Below, piece after piece: positions 1 through 9,715 of a stretch of DNA of 64,000 nucleotides (the first letter of the stretch is position 1; each line of letters begins with the position of its first letter). The notes beneath the pieces are model-generated. The model searched no databases. It saw nothing but the letters and a program-made list of their open reading frames with translations, and was not told the DNA's origin. The position numbers and the translations under genes were made by a program. The stretch spans positions 64,463 through 128,462 of IMG/VR virus record IMGVR_UViG_3300025141_008848. The stretch is one strand, 5' to 3'. Source of the DNA: a virus.

Positions 1-1
1 A

Positions 2-1270
2 GCAAAATATTTCGATAATCAGTACTTTAAATTAATTATGCAATTAATTAAAGAATATTACGAAAAATATCAGACTTCACCTTCATTTGATGCTTTAGAC
101 CAGCTAAGTAGAATTGAAATTACTTCCGAAATGGCAAGAAAAAATATAGTAGATGTGTTGAAAGAAGTTAAAGAAGCTTCTTTTGAAGACCACCTTTTTA
201 TTAAGGAAAAATCTATTAAATTCTGTAAACAAATGGAACTAAAAAAAGCTATTCGTAAGGTAGAAGGTATAATGGAAAAAGGTGATTTTGAGAACTATGA
301 TAAATGTGAGGAGTATATTAGAGATGCGATTAAAATAGGTGACGGAGATGTGGGGAGTTTTGAGATATTTACAGAATTAGAGAAATTACTTGAAGAAGAT
401 TATAGACACCCAGTACCAACAGGAGTAGACGGACTAGATAATATATTAAATGGAGGTCTCGCAAAAGGTGAGATAGGTGTTATATTAGCCCCAACAGGGG
501 TTGGTAAAACAACACTGTTAACAAGATTTGCTAATACCGCTTTTAATATGGGGTATAATGTACTACAAATATTTTTTGAGGATAACCCTAAAATTATACA
601 AAGAAAACATTTCACATGTTGGACAGGCATAGTTAATGATGAGTTAAGTAAACATAAAGAAACAGTTTTAGAAAAAGCAGATGAGATGAAAAAATCTGGA
701 GGAAGACTAATCTTAAAAAAATTACCATCGGACGAAATGACTATGTTACAGATTAAAAACCAAGTAAGAAAGATTATTTCAGAAGGCACAAAAATTGATA
801 TGGTTTTAATAGATTATATAGATTGTATAATACCAGACAGGTCTTTTAATGATGAATGGAAAGGTGAAGGTTCTGTTATGAGAAAATTTGAAGGTATGTG
901 TCATGAATTAGATATAGTTGGGTGGACAGCAACCCAGGGAAATAGGTCATCTATAAGTTCTGAAGTTGTAACCACCGATATGATGGGTGGGTCAATTAAA
1001 AAAGCACAGGTTGGTCACGTTATTATATCTGTAGCTAAAACTTTACAACAAAAAGAATTGGGGTTAGCCACAATCGCTATTGTTAAATCTAGATTAGGGA
1101 AAGACGGTATCATATTTGAAAATTGTAAATTTGATAATGGTACATTAGAAATTAACACTGATTCGACTTCTACATTCCTAGGTTTTGAGGAAGACAAAAT
1201 ACAAAGAAACAGAGAAAGAGTTACACAAGCACTCGAAAGAAGACAACAAATAATAAATAAAAATAATTAA
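2..1270 (+). CDS. dnaB: Replicative DNA helicase, DnaB/T4 gp41-like (5' truncated by window edge)
   Basis: Walker A APTGVGKT, Walker B VLIDYID, TATQGNR and KSRLG motifs of SF4 helicases; frame is open from position 2 to the ATG at 38. Confidence 0.9.
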   Translation, partial: AKYFDNQYFKLIMQLIKEYYEKYQTSPSFDALDQLSRIEITSEMARKNIVDVLKEVKEASFEDHLFIKEKSIKFCKQMELKKAIRKVEGIMEKGDFENYDKCEEYIRDAIKIGDGDVGSFEIFTELEKLLEEDYRHPVPTGVDGLDNILNGGLAKGEIGVILAPTGVGKTTLLTRFANTAFNMGYNVLQIFFEDNPKIIQRKHFTCWTGIVNDELSKHKETVLEKADEMKKSGGRLILKKLPSDEMTMLQIKNQVRKIISEGTKIDMVLIDYIDCIIPDRSFNDEWKGEGSVMRKFEGMCHELDIVGWTATQGNRSSISSEVVTTDMMGGSIKKAQVGHVIISVAKTLQQKELGLATIAIVKSRLGKDGIIFENCKFDNGTLEINTDSTSTFLGFEEDKIQRNRERVTQALERRQQIINKNN

Positions 1271-1283
1271 TAAAGATTAAAAT

Positions 1284-3194
1284 ATGGAAGTATCAAATAG
1301 AATCCTTTCGGACATTACTGTGTATATGAAGTACGCTAAGTATATACCGGAATTAAATAGAAGAGAGACATGGGACGAATTAGTGACACGTAATAAAAAT
1401 ATGCATATTAAAAAATATCCACAACTAAAGGAGGAAATAGAAGAAAAATATGAATTTGTATACGACAAAAAGGTGTTACCATCTATGAGGTCCATGCAAT
1501 TTGGAGGTAAACCGATTGAGATATCACCAAACCGAATTTATAATTGTGCGTACCTACCAATCGAACATGTGGATTCATTTTCCGAAACAATGTTTTTATT
1601 ATTAGGAGGAACAGGTGTTGGGTACTCAGTACAAAAACATCACGTAGAAAAATTACCAGTAATACAAAAACCATACCCAAAAAGAAAGAAAAGATTTCTT
1701 ATTGGAGATTCAATAGAAGGATGGGCAGATTCCATAAAAGTTTTAATGAAATCATATATGAATGGTGGTGGGTCAAGTATTGAATTTGATTTTTCAGATA
1801 TTAGAGCAAAAGGTGCAAGACTTGTAACCTCTGGTGGAAAAGCTCCCGGACCACAACCATTAAAAGAATGTTTAGTAAAAATTAAAGGTATATTAGATGA
1901 AAAAGAAAACGGGGACCAATTAACGACACTAGAAGTTCATGATATTGTTTGTTATATCGCAGACGCGGTACTAGCGGGAGGAATTAGAAGAGCAGCACTT
2001 ATTAGTTTATTTTCAGCGGATGATGAACAAATGATTTCATGTAAAACAGGAAATTGGTGGGAACTAAACTCCCAAAGAGGTAGAGCAAACAACTCAGCAT
2101 GTTTAATGAGACATAAAATAACAAAAGAGTTCTTTATGGATTTATGGAAAAGAGTTGAATTATCAGGAGCAGGAGAACCAGGAATATATCTTAATAACGA
2201 TAAAGATTGGGGGACTAATCCATGTTGTGAGATTGCTTTAAGACCAAACCAATTCTGTAATCTTTGTGAAGTTAATGTGAGTAATATTGAATCACAAGAA
2301 GACCTAAATACAAGAGTAAAAGTAGCAGCATTTATAGGGACACTACAAGCAGGATACACTAATTTCCATTATTTAAGAGAAATATGGCAAGAGACAACCG
2401 AGAAAGACGCTCTTATAGGGGTATCAATGACTGGTATTGGTTCTGGTAAAGTATTAGAATATGACATGTCAAAATCCGCAAGTTTAGTTAAGAGAGAAAA
2501 CACCAGAGTATCTAAATTAATAGGGATAAATCAATCAGCAAGATGCACAACAGTTAAACCAGCCGGAACAACTTCTTTAACATTAGGTACTTCATCTGGT
2601 ATTCATGCATGGCATAATGATTATTATATCCGAAGAATTAGAGTTGGTAAAAACGAATCAATATATCACTATCTATTACATAACCATCCATCATTAGTGG
2701 AAGATGAATACTTTAGACCACACGATACAGCGGTAATTGAAATACCACAAAAGGCTCCTGAAGGGTCAATAATGAGAACTGAATCTCCATTCCAACTACT
2801 AGAAAGAGTTAAAAAAGTAGCACAAGAATGGGTAAAATCTGGGCATAGGAAAGGTTCAAACACTCATAATGTATCAGCTACAATTTCATTAAGAGACCAT
2901 GAATGGGATTCTGCAGGTGAATGGATGTGGGAAAATAGAAAATATTATAACGGACTTTCAGTTCTTCCCTATAATGGAGGGACGTATACCCAAGCACCGT
3001 TTGAGGACATCACAGAAGAAAAATATAATGAAATGTTAGAAACTCTTAAAGATGTAGACCTATCCCAAGTAATAGAGATAGACGATAATACAAATTTATC
3101 TGGGGAGTTAGCTTGCGCGGGGGGAACCTGTGAAATAGATGTAGATTTAAAAAGTATTGAGAAAAAAAAAGTAGAAGAACTTAATGAAGCATAA
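1284..3194 (+). CDS. nrdJ: Class II (adenosylcobalamin-dependent) ribonucleotide reductase, monomeric type
   Basis: IYNCAY, GTGVG, TNPCCEI active-site loop, FCNLCE, TTVKPAGT, C-terminal ACAGGTC cysteine pair; no adjacent NrdB. Confidence 0.92.
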   Translation: MEVSNRILSDITVYMKYAKYIPELNRRETWDELVTRNKNMHIKKYPQLKEEIEEKYEFVYDKKVLPSMRSMQFGGKPIEISPNRIYNCAYLPIEHVDSFSETMFLLLGGTGVGYSVQKHHVEKLPVIQKPYPKRKKRFLIGDSIEGWADSIKVLMKSYMNGGGSSIEFDFSDIRAKGARLVTSGGKAPGPQPLKECLVKIKGILDEKENGDQLTTLEVHDIVCYIADAVLAGGIRRAALISLFSADDEQMISCKTGNWWELNSQRGRANNSACLMRHKITKEFFMDLWKRVELSGAGEPGIYLNNDKDWGTNPCCEIALRPNQFCNLCEVNVSNIESQEDLNTRVKVAAFIGTLQAGYTNFHYLREIWQETTEKDALIGVSMTGIGSGKVLEYDMSKSASLVKRENTRVSKLIGINQSARCTTVKPAGTTSLTLGTSSGIHAWHNDYYIRRIRVGKNESIYHYLLHNHPSLVEDEYFRPHDTAVIEIPQKAPEGSIMRTESPFQLLERVKKVAQEWVKSGHRKGSNTHNVSATISLRDHEWDSAGEWMWENRKYYNGLSVLPYNGGTYTQAPFEDITEEKYNEMLETLKDVDLSQVIEIDDNTNLSGELACAGGTCEIDVDLKSIEKKKVEELNEA

Positions 3195-3369
3195 ATTTAG
3201 TAAAGAAATTTTATACCACTTTAATTGTGGTAAATGTAATAAATGGTGGTCAATTGCTGACCACCATTTATTATCTAATAATGTACCAAAAAGCAAAGAA
3301 AAGGTACCTAATTTAATTATATGTCCCCATTGTGGACACAAAGAAGAAGTAACAGATGAGAAGAAGTGA
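3184..3369 (+). CDS. Small zinc-ribbon protein
   Basis: CGKC...CPHC pairs; overlaps both neighbours (translational coupling). Confidence 0.65.
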   Translation: MKHKFSKEILYHFNCGKCNKWWSIADHHLLSNNVPKSKEKVPNLIICPHCGHKEEVTDEKK

Positions 3370-3550
3370 CGATTGGATTACAGAATTACATTATAAAGAA
3401 TTTATAAAACCAAAATTACAACCGAAAGACTTTTATTGGGAAAATGGAAATATGGTAATGACGAAATACTTTCATGAAAGAAGAGGTAGTTGTTGTGGTA
3501 ACAACTGCAGACACTGTCCCTATCACCCCCAACATATAAAAAATAACTAG
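3356..3550 (+). CDS. Small Cys-rich protein, DUF5522-like
   Basis: RGSCCGNNCRHCPY motif. Confidence 0.7.
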   Translation: MRRSDDWITELHYKEFIKPKLQPKDFYWENGNMVMTKYFHERRGSCCGNNCRHCPYHPQHIKNN

Positions 3551-3605
3551 TAATTAATATAATACAATCTTAAAATCAAAACCAACCATAAAGTAATATA
3601 GGAAG

Positions 3606-3612
3606 TATTTAT
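3606..3612 (+). promoter_or_regulatory. Putative phage late-promoter motif TATTTAT
   Basis: Intergenic, 12 nt before the first baseplate gene; same motif recurs before about ten genes in this window. Confidence 0.55.
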
Positions 3613-3624
3613 TATAAAAAAGAA

Positions 3625-4092
3625 ATGCCAACTCAAAGATACGGTATAACATTCCCATTTGTAGATAGCTCTGAAGGTTTTTTTCTAGGCTTAAATACAG
3701 ACATAGATAGTGAAGTAAGGTCTAACCTTGTTCATCTAGTTCTTACCCGTAAAGGTACAAGGTATTTTTTACCGGATTTTGGCACTAACTTACCCACCTA
3801 TGTATTCGAACAAATGGATACGACTACTAAGCTATCTATTGATAGAGAAATACGGGAGGCGGTAGATAAATATCTTCCTAGTCTAACAATTAATAATGTT
3901 GAGGTAAAAACATTAGAAGATTTACTAGCGGAAGAAAAACTTAACGAACAAAATACTGATTTATCTATGGATGATGGAAATATGAGTTTTGTAGGGGAAG
4001 CCCAAAGAAACTATTCTATGAGAGTAAGAATTGATTATACCGCGGGTGACGGTGTATTGGAAAGTAAAGATTTTGTTATAATAGACTTATAA
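3625..4092 (+). CDS. Baseplate wedge subunit, T4 gp25/GPW-like
   Basis: YGITFPF, NLVHLVLTRKGTRYFLPDFGTNL signature of the gp25 family. Confidence 0.88.
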   Translation: MPTQRYGITFPFVDSSEGFFLGLNTDIDSEVRSNLVHLVLTRKGTRYFLPDFGTNLPTYVFEQMDTTTKLSIDREIREAVDKYLPSLTINNVEVKTLEDLLAEEKLNEQNTDLSMDDGNMSFVGEAQRNYSMRVRIDYTAGDGVLESKDFVIIDL

Positions 4093-4094
4093 TT

Positions 4095-5933
4095 ATGGCA
4101 GAAAAAAAAATAGCATACACAGAAAGAGATTTTTTAGGGGTTAGGAACGAACTTCTAAGGTTAACAAACACATATTATCCAGACCTAATTAAAAATGCTA
4201 ACGACGCCTCCATATACTCCGTATTTTTAGACCTAAATGCTGCAGTCGCAGACAACCTAAATTTTCAAATAGACAGAACCTTCCAAGAAACAGTCTTACA
4301 ATATGCTCAAGAAAGAAGTTCTTTATATAATATAGCTAAAACTTACGGTTTAAAAATTCCAGGAAATAGGCCTTCGGTAACGGTTTGTGATTTATCTATC
4401 ATAGTTCCAGTTTTAGGTGATAAAGAAGATTTTAAATATTTGGGAACCATAAGGGCTGGAGGACAGTTTAGAGGTGGGGGACAAGTATTTGAATTAATAG
4501 AGGATTGTGATTTTTCATCTCAGTACAGTGCAGAAGGAATACCAAATCAAACAAAAATACCAAATTATAATGCTAACGGGATTATACAGAATTATACAAT
4601 TGTAAAAAAAGAAGTACTAATTAACGGAGTAACTAAAGTATTCAAAAAAGAAATTAATGACGCTGACAGTAACCCATTTTTTAAACTTTTTTTACCAGAA
4701 AAAAATGTTATAGGGGTAACCAGTGTAATACAAAAAGACGGGTTAGGGTACCAAACAATACCTAGTACGACAGAATTTCTATCAACTACAGCAAATAAAT
4801 GGCATGAAGTCGAAGCTTTAGCACAAAATGAAGTTTTTGTTGTAGACCCTTCTATGCCACCAGATACTCCAGGTATAAAAGTAGGTAAGTATGTTACTGT
4901 ACCACAAAGATTTATTACTGAGTTTACACCAGAAGGATTCTTCCACCTAACTTTTGGTAGTGGAAACCAAACTTCACAAGACTCACTAGATGGTTTTGCG
5001 TCAAAAGGTGTTAAATTAGATATGTCACAATTTTTGAATAATATATCTTTAGGTAATGCTGTGAAAGGAAATAGCACTTTATTTGTACAATATAGAATTG
5101 GTGGTGGGAAATCATCCAATATTGGTGCTGGAGCAATAAACACAGTAGGTAATGTGGATTTTGTGGTAGCAGGACCTAGTCAACAGATAAACCAAACAGT
5201 AAAGAATAGTTTAGCTATAACAAATACTACATCAGCTATAGGGGGTGCAAATCAAATGTCCCCAGATGAGATAAGAAATTATATAGCTTTTAATTTTACA
5301 GCACAGAATAGAGGTGTTACCATTAATGATTATGTTTCTAAGTTAAGAACAATGCCGGCTACATTTGGTGCACCTGCTAAAGTAGGGGTTACTGAAATAG
5401 AAAATAAAGTTAACCTAAATGTTTTATCTTATACACCCGACGGTAAATTAACATCATTAGTTAGTGAAACACTTAAGAACAATATAGCTAACTACCTATC
5501 TAATTATAGGATGTTAAATGATTATATAGTAGTTGGTCCAGCAAGAGTTATAGATGTGGCACTAAGTGTAGATTTAATTTTAGAAAAATCCGCTAATGAA
5601 GGTAGTATAGTTACTAACGTGATAACAAAAATTAGTGAGTATTTTGCAATAGATAGGTTAGAGCTAGGAGAAGACCTGACGTTAGGAACACTAAGGAGTT
5701 TTATAATGTCACAACCAGGTGTACTTAATATAACAGGGTTATATGTGTTTAATAAAGTTGGTGGAGAATACTCTCAATCCATCACTACACAACCATATAT
5801 AAATGCTACCACCAAACAAATCGGGTTAATAGATGACACTATTTATGCTCAACCTAATGAGATATTACAAATTCGTTTCCCAGACAAAGATATATCGGTA
5901 AGATTTAAAAAACCAAGTAAACCAGTATTTTAA
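4095..5933 (+). CDS. Baseplate wedge protein, T4 gp6/baseplate J-like
   Basis: YTERDF N-terminus, AQERSSLYNIAKTYG, GGANQ...AQNRGVTINDY motif; follows gp25. Confidence 0.85.
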   Translation: MAEKKIAYTERDFLGVRNELLRLTNTYYPDLIKNANDASIYSVFLDLNAAVADNLNFQIDRTFQETVLQYAQERSSLYNIAKTYGLKIPGNRPSVTVCDLSIIVPVLGDKEDFKYLGTIRAGGQFRGGGQVFELIEDCDFSSQYSAEGIPNQTKIPNYNANGIIQNYTIVKKEVLINGVTKVFKKEINDADSNPFFKLFLPEKNVIGVTSVIQKDGLGYQTIPSTTEFLSTTANKWHEVEALAQNEVFVVDPSMPPDTPGIKVGKYVTVPQRFITEFTPEGFFHLTFGSGNQTSQDSLDGFASKGVKLDMSQFLNNISLGNAVKGNSTLFVQYRIGGGKSSNIGAGAINTVGNVDFVVAGPSQQINQTVKNSLAITNTTSAIGGANQMSPDEIRNYIAFNFTAQNRGVTINDYVSKLRTMPATFGAPAKVGVTEIENKVNLNVLSYTPDGKLTSLVSETLKNNIANYLSNYRMLNDYIVVGPARVIDVALSVDLILEKSANEGSIVTNVITKISEYFAIDRLELGEDLTLGTLRSFIMSQPGVLNITGLYVFNKVGGEYSQSITTQPYINATTKQIGLIDDTIYAQPNEILQIRFPDKDISVRFKKPSKPVF

Positions 5934-5984
5934 TAATCTTTACTATATTCCATTGTTAAGTACTTTTAGTTTTAATGGTGGAAC

Positions 5985-5991
5985 TATTTAT
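5985..5991 (+). promoter_or_regulatory. Putative late-promoter motif TATTTAT
   Basis: In intergenic gap before the 1221-aa gene; followed by a small hairpin ttttatag-cca-ctataaaa (5991-6009). Confidence 0.45.
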
Positions 5992-6049
5992 TTTATAGCC
6001 ACTATAAAAATAATAAAATTATTTTATGGGGTAACAAATAATATTAAAT

Positions 6050-9000
6050 ATGGGTCAATCATTTAGGGTAAGAACAGACATTAATACAAGTGGAGCAAAA
6101 GATAAAAATGTAACATTTGAATTAAAACAAGATTTTGATTTATTAGAGATTTTAAGTCTTTCATTAACACAACAAGATGTTTACACACGTATGTGTGCAG
6201 ATTTTGGTGTTGTTGTGGGTAGAGTTGTGGCTAATGGTGGTTTTGGTATCCCTAATGCAAAAGTTTCTATATTTGTACCTTTAGATACTAAAGATGAAGA
6301 AAATGAGGTAATAAAATTTTTATACCCATTTAAACAACCTTTTGATACTGACAATGAAGGAAAGAGATATAATTTACTTAGTACTGAAAAAACATTTAAT
6401 TGTCATGTAAATGTTGGAACATTCCCAGTTTTAAATGATGTACTAAACAAACAAGAAGTTAAATATGTCTACGACAAATATTACAAGTATACGGTAAAAA
6501 CAAATGAGTCGGGAGACTTTATGATATATGGTGTCCCAGTGGGTGACCAAACTATCATTATGGATGTGGATGTAAGTGATATTGGGTGTTTTTCGTTATT
6601 ACCAGAAGATTTTAAAATAAAAGGATTTCCAGATTCAGATTTTGATGGCCCAAGATTTAGAGATGACACAAGTATTGATTCATTACCTCAGATATTAAAT
6701 CTACAAAAATCTATAGATGTTAGGCCTTTTTGGGGCGATGAGGAATTTTGTAGAGCTGCTATTACAAGGGTAGATTTTGATTTATCACAAACTGGATTCA
6801 AACTCGAACCAAGAGCTGTATTTATGGGTAGTACAGCTTCAGATACTGACAAAGATTCGGTAAACAATAACTGTAGACCTAAAGCTCATATGGGAGACCT
6901 ATGTAGTTTAATATCAAAACCTGGAATTATAGACTGTATAAGGTATACTCCATTTTTTGAAAATGACCCTCTCGCTTATCCCGCATATACTGCTGGGGGA
7001 TGGGGAGCACCACTAGGTGGTGAAGTACCTATCTTAGAAAGGTATTATCTTGAAGATGGTGGTAGGGTTATTGATAATACAGGGTCCTTCCTTATCCACC
7101 TACCAATGAATCTTGACTACATGATTACCAACGAGCTTGGTGAGATGGTGTTATCCGATGACCCAACACTAGGGGTAGCTACAAGAACTAGAGTTAGATT
7201 TAGAATAAGACCCGAACAAGCAAAAGGTGGGGCACGACAACGAAGAATAGGTTCTCACTTAGTCCCCAATATTAGAGAATTTTATCAACATTGGGCAGGA
7301 GATAGTAATGGTGATTGGCCCGGCATCGAACCAAGTTCCTACACTTTTTCGGTAAAGTATAGTGATTACCACCCCTGGGCACAAAGAAATCTGATGCCAG
7401 GAGGAGAAGATGTTTTTTATGATATGACTTTTAATAGGGTTTATACTTATGCACAATTTCATGACCACATAAAACATGGTGGTAGGAGACAATTTGTGGG
7501 GATAAAAGAGATATTACCAGAAATGGACCAACAATGTTCCACCACAGCAATGTTCTTCCCAATTAATAGTGCGGTTAGAAGTCCCAATCTTATGGTTTTC
7601 TTATGGATGTTTTTAATAGATTTTCTTGGACTATTTTATCAGTTAATTGCGTATTTTGTTACCATATTAGCTGCATTCTTAAGTCTTATATTAGCCATAG
7701 TATTGTTTATAATATGGGTGTTATGTATAATGTGGTGTTTTCTATATTGTCTCTATATTAGTATATGGGGTGTAACAATATTTCGGATGACCTGGATACT
7801 ACCTAGTAGTGCGGCACCGCCAGACATATGCGGCCAAGTAAACATACAGGGTTTTGGTTGTAATGCTGACTGTGCATTTTTTGGTTTAAGAATGGGTATG
7901 GTCTTATTTAAACTTAGACAAACCAAATACCCCGAATGTGAAAAATGTATGTGTAGGACAAATGTTGGGAGTATTTCCACCCCCGATAGTATGAGGTATT
8001 TAACTGAAGGACCAAACAGATGGCCATGTCCAGAAGGATTTCCAGGTGACCCACTTGCTCAAACTGGTGCTTCAACAGGGACAAGTTGTGTTCCACAATG
8101 CCCACCAGGTAACGGGGCTACTGGAGATGACTTCGGAGGTAAGTTCCAACACGATTGTTGTGAAGAGTCAGATGATATTAGGGTTTGTTGTCATGATAAC
8201 TATGGGTATAATTCCGATGGTAGTATGAATGCACAATCAGTTGATGAAAAAGATGGTATAGCTGGTGGAGGTTGTTATGTAAAAATAATATGTTTTGCAA
8301 CTGGTTGTATAGATGAAAATTTCAATATGACAGTATTGAGGGAATGGACAAGAAGAGAAAAAATTGCAGTTGCTTTATGTAATGGGATAATGAATTATTT
8401 TTGGGAAAACAATTGGGTGAATGGGTTCCTATACCAATTCCAATTTAACGCAAAATTAGAATATAACCCGACTACCGAATCTTACGCAACGAACTCAAAA
8501 TGGTGTAAAAAATTAACATATCTACACCCAACACAACATACTTTCTATTATAGGTCTACACCATTTCAGGTTACTGGTATTGGTAAAAATGATGGTAATT
8601 TTATAGGGGATACGGACGGTGTTTATAAACCGTGGTGGATGATTGGTGGTGGGAACGCTACTAGTGATTTGCATGCAAAAGGAGACATGGATAGGCACAT
8701 ATTATTCCCAACAACGATTGTAGATATGGGTTCTAGAAACCAATGTATACAACAAATATGTCTTGACCCTAAATTCAACGAGGAGTGTTCAGTTACAGAC
8801 CAAATAGGTAGTACAACATTCCAAGACATAACAAACTTAGTTTCAGATATATACAATATTAAAATGATGTATAGTAAAGCTTCTATGTCTACATTTTTCC
8901 CTAGACCAGAATATGAAATAGGTGGAGATGTTGCACAAGCATTAATGCAGAATTGCATGTTAGGGGTGTATGGGTATGAAGCAAATGTTGGTGATATTGG

Positions 9001-9715
9001 ATGTGAGTGTGATTATGATTTAGACATATCAACCGGTGGTGGTGATGCAGACCAGTCCGGAGCTTTAGGTGGACTAGAATATCCATCTCCTAATTTTACT
9101 GCTGGTACATATATACAACATGCAGTTAATGTTAATCAGTTAGGGGGTACCGCACCATTTAATCATACAATTTTATGGGAACCAATCCTTTTTACAGGCT
9201 CAACAGAAACCATTATGGACGGGCAAAATTTGATAGATTGTGTGACTGTAGACTTATCCAAGTCCAGTCAATATGTCCCATTCTATCCTTGGCATATGAG
9301 AAGTGGTGCTCCAGGTGGGTTTGGTGATGCGTGGAATGATTGGATTGGTACAATGGGTAAATATAGATATGTATATGGTGTACCAGGACCAGCAATGTCT
9401 ATCTTACCTGCGTTATCAACGGGTAATGTAGCATGGGGAGACGATAGTAATATGCATCCCGTAGGAAATTTAGGTGGTGCTCCACCCCTTATTTTTGATG
9501 GGAATTACCAAAGCAATATGGGTAACCCACCATTTTCAGGTACGTCAGGTCAACTAGGGTTCCCAGATTACCCAGTATTAACACCAGCTAGTTCCAAAAG
9601 TGTTGTTTTTTCACAACCACTATTTTATTATTTTGGATTAAGACCTGGACAAACATCTTTTAACACATTTGTAAGAAAATATATTGATGAAGAAATGGCA
9701 GATAACGTAATATAA
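6050..9715 (+). CDS. Large baseplate-module protein with internal hydrophobic segment and Cys-rich region
   Basis: 1221-aa ORF in baseplate cluster; N-terminal GRV..NGGFGIPNAKVSIF beta domain; ~70-aa hydrophobic stretch at ~7590-7800. Confidence 0.7.
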   Translation: MGQSFRVRTDINTSGAKDKNVTFELKQDFDLLEILSLSLTQQDVYTRMCADFGVVVGRVVANGGFGIPNAKVSIFVPLDTKDEENEVIKFLYPFKQPFDTDNEGKRYNLLSTEKTFNCHVNVGTFPVLNDVLNKQEVKYVYDKYYKYTVKTNESGDFMIYGVPVGDQTIIMDVDVSDIGCFSLLPEDFKIKGFPDSDFDGPRFRDDTSIDSLPQILNLQKSIDVRPFWGDEEFCRAAITRVDFDLSQTGFKLEPRAVFMGSTASDTDKDSVNNNCRPKAHMGDLCSLISKPGIIDCIRYTPFFENDPLAYPAYTAGGWGAPLGGEVPILERYYLEDGGRVIDNTGSFLIHLPMNLDYMITNELGEMVLSDDPTLGVATRTRVRFRIRPEQAKGGARQRRIGSHLVPNIREFYQHWAGDSNGDWPGIEPSSYTFSVKYSDYHPWAQRNLMPGGEDVFYDMTFNRVYTYAQFHDHIKHGGRRQFVGIKEILPEMDQQCSTTAMFFPINSAVRSPNLMVFLWMFLIDFLGLFYQLIAYFVTILAAFLSLILAIVLFIIWVLCIMWCFLYCLYISIWGVTIFRMTWILPSSAAPPDICGQVNIQGFGCNADCAFFGLRMGMVLFKLRQTKYPECEKCMCRTNVGSISTPDSMRYLTEGPNRWPCPEGFPGDPLAQTGASTGTSCVPQCPPGNGATGDDFGGKFQHDCCEESDDIRVCCHDNYGYNSDGSMNAQSVDEKDGIAGGGCYVKIICFATGCIDENFNMTVLREWTRREKIAVALCNGIMNYFWENNWVNGFLYQFQFNAKLEYNPTTESYATNSKWCKKLTYLHPTQHTFYYRSTPFQVTGIGKNDGNFIGDTDGVYKPWWMIGGGNATSDLHAKGDMDRHILFPTTIVDMGSRNQCIQQICLDPKFNEECSVTDQIGSTTFQDITNLVSDIYNIKMMYSKASMSTFFPRPEYEIGGDVAQALMQNCMLGVYGYEANVGDIGCECDYDLDISTGGGDADQSGALGGLEYPSPNFTAGTYIQHAVNVNQLGGTAPFNHTILWEPILFTGSTETIMDGQNLIDCVTVDLSKSSQYVPFYPWHMRSGAPGGFGDAWNDWIGTMGKYRYVYGVPGPAMSILPALSTGNVAWGDDSNMHPVGNLGGAPPLIFDGNYQSNMGNPPFSGTSGQLGFPDYPVLTPASSKSVVFSQPLFYYFGLRPGQTSFNTFVRKYIDEEMADNVI

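Noticed and set aside
2-3194. Inteins or introns in the helicase and RNR
   Set aside because: Lengths are normal and no splicing or homing-endonuclease motifs are visible.
5939-5998. TTTA-N18-TACTTTTA promoter-like site and 7-codon uORF (ATG 5975, MVELFIL*)
   Set aside because: Spacing to the ATG differs from the N4 class and such a short ORF is expected by chance; not supportable without data.
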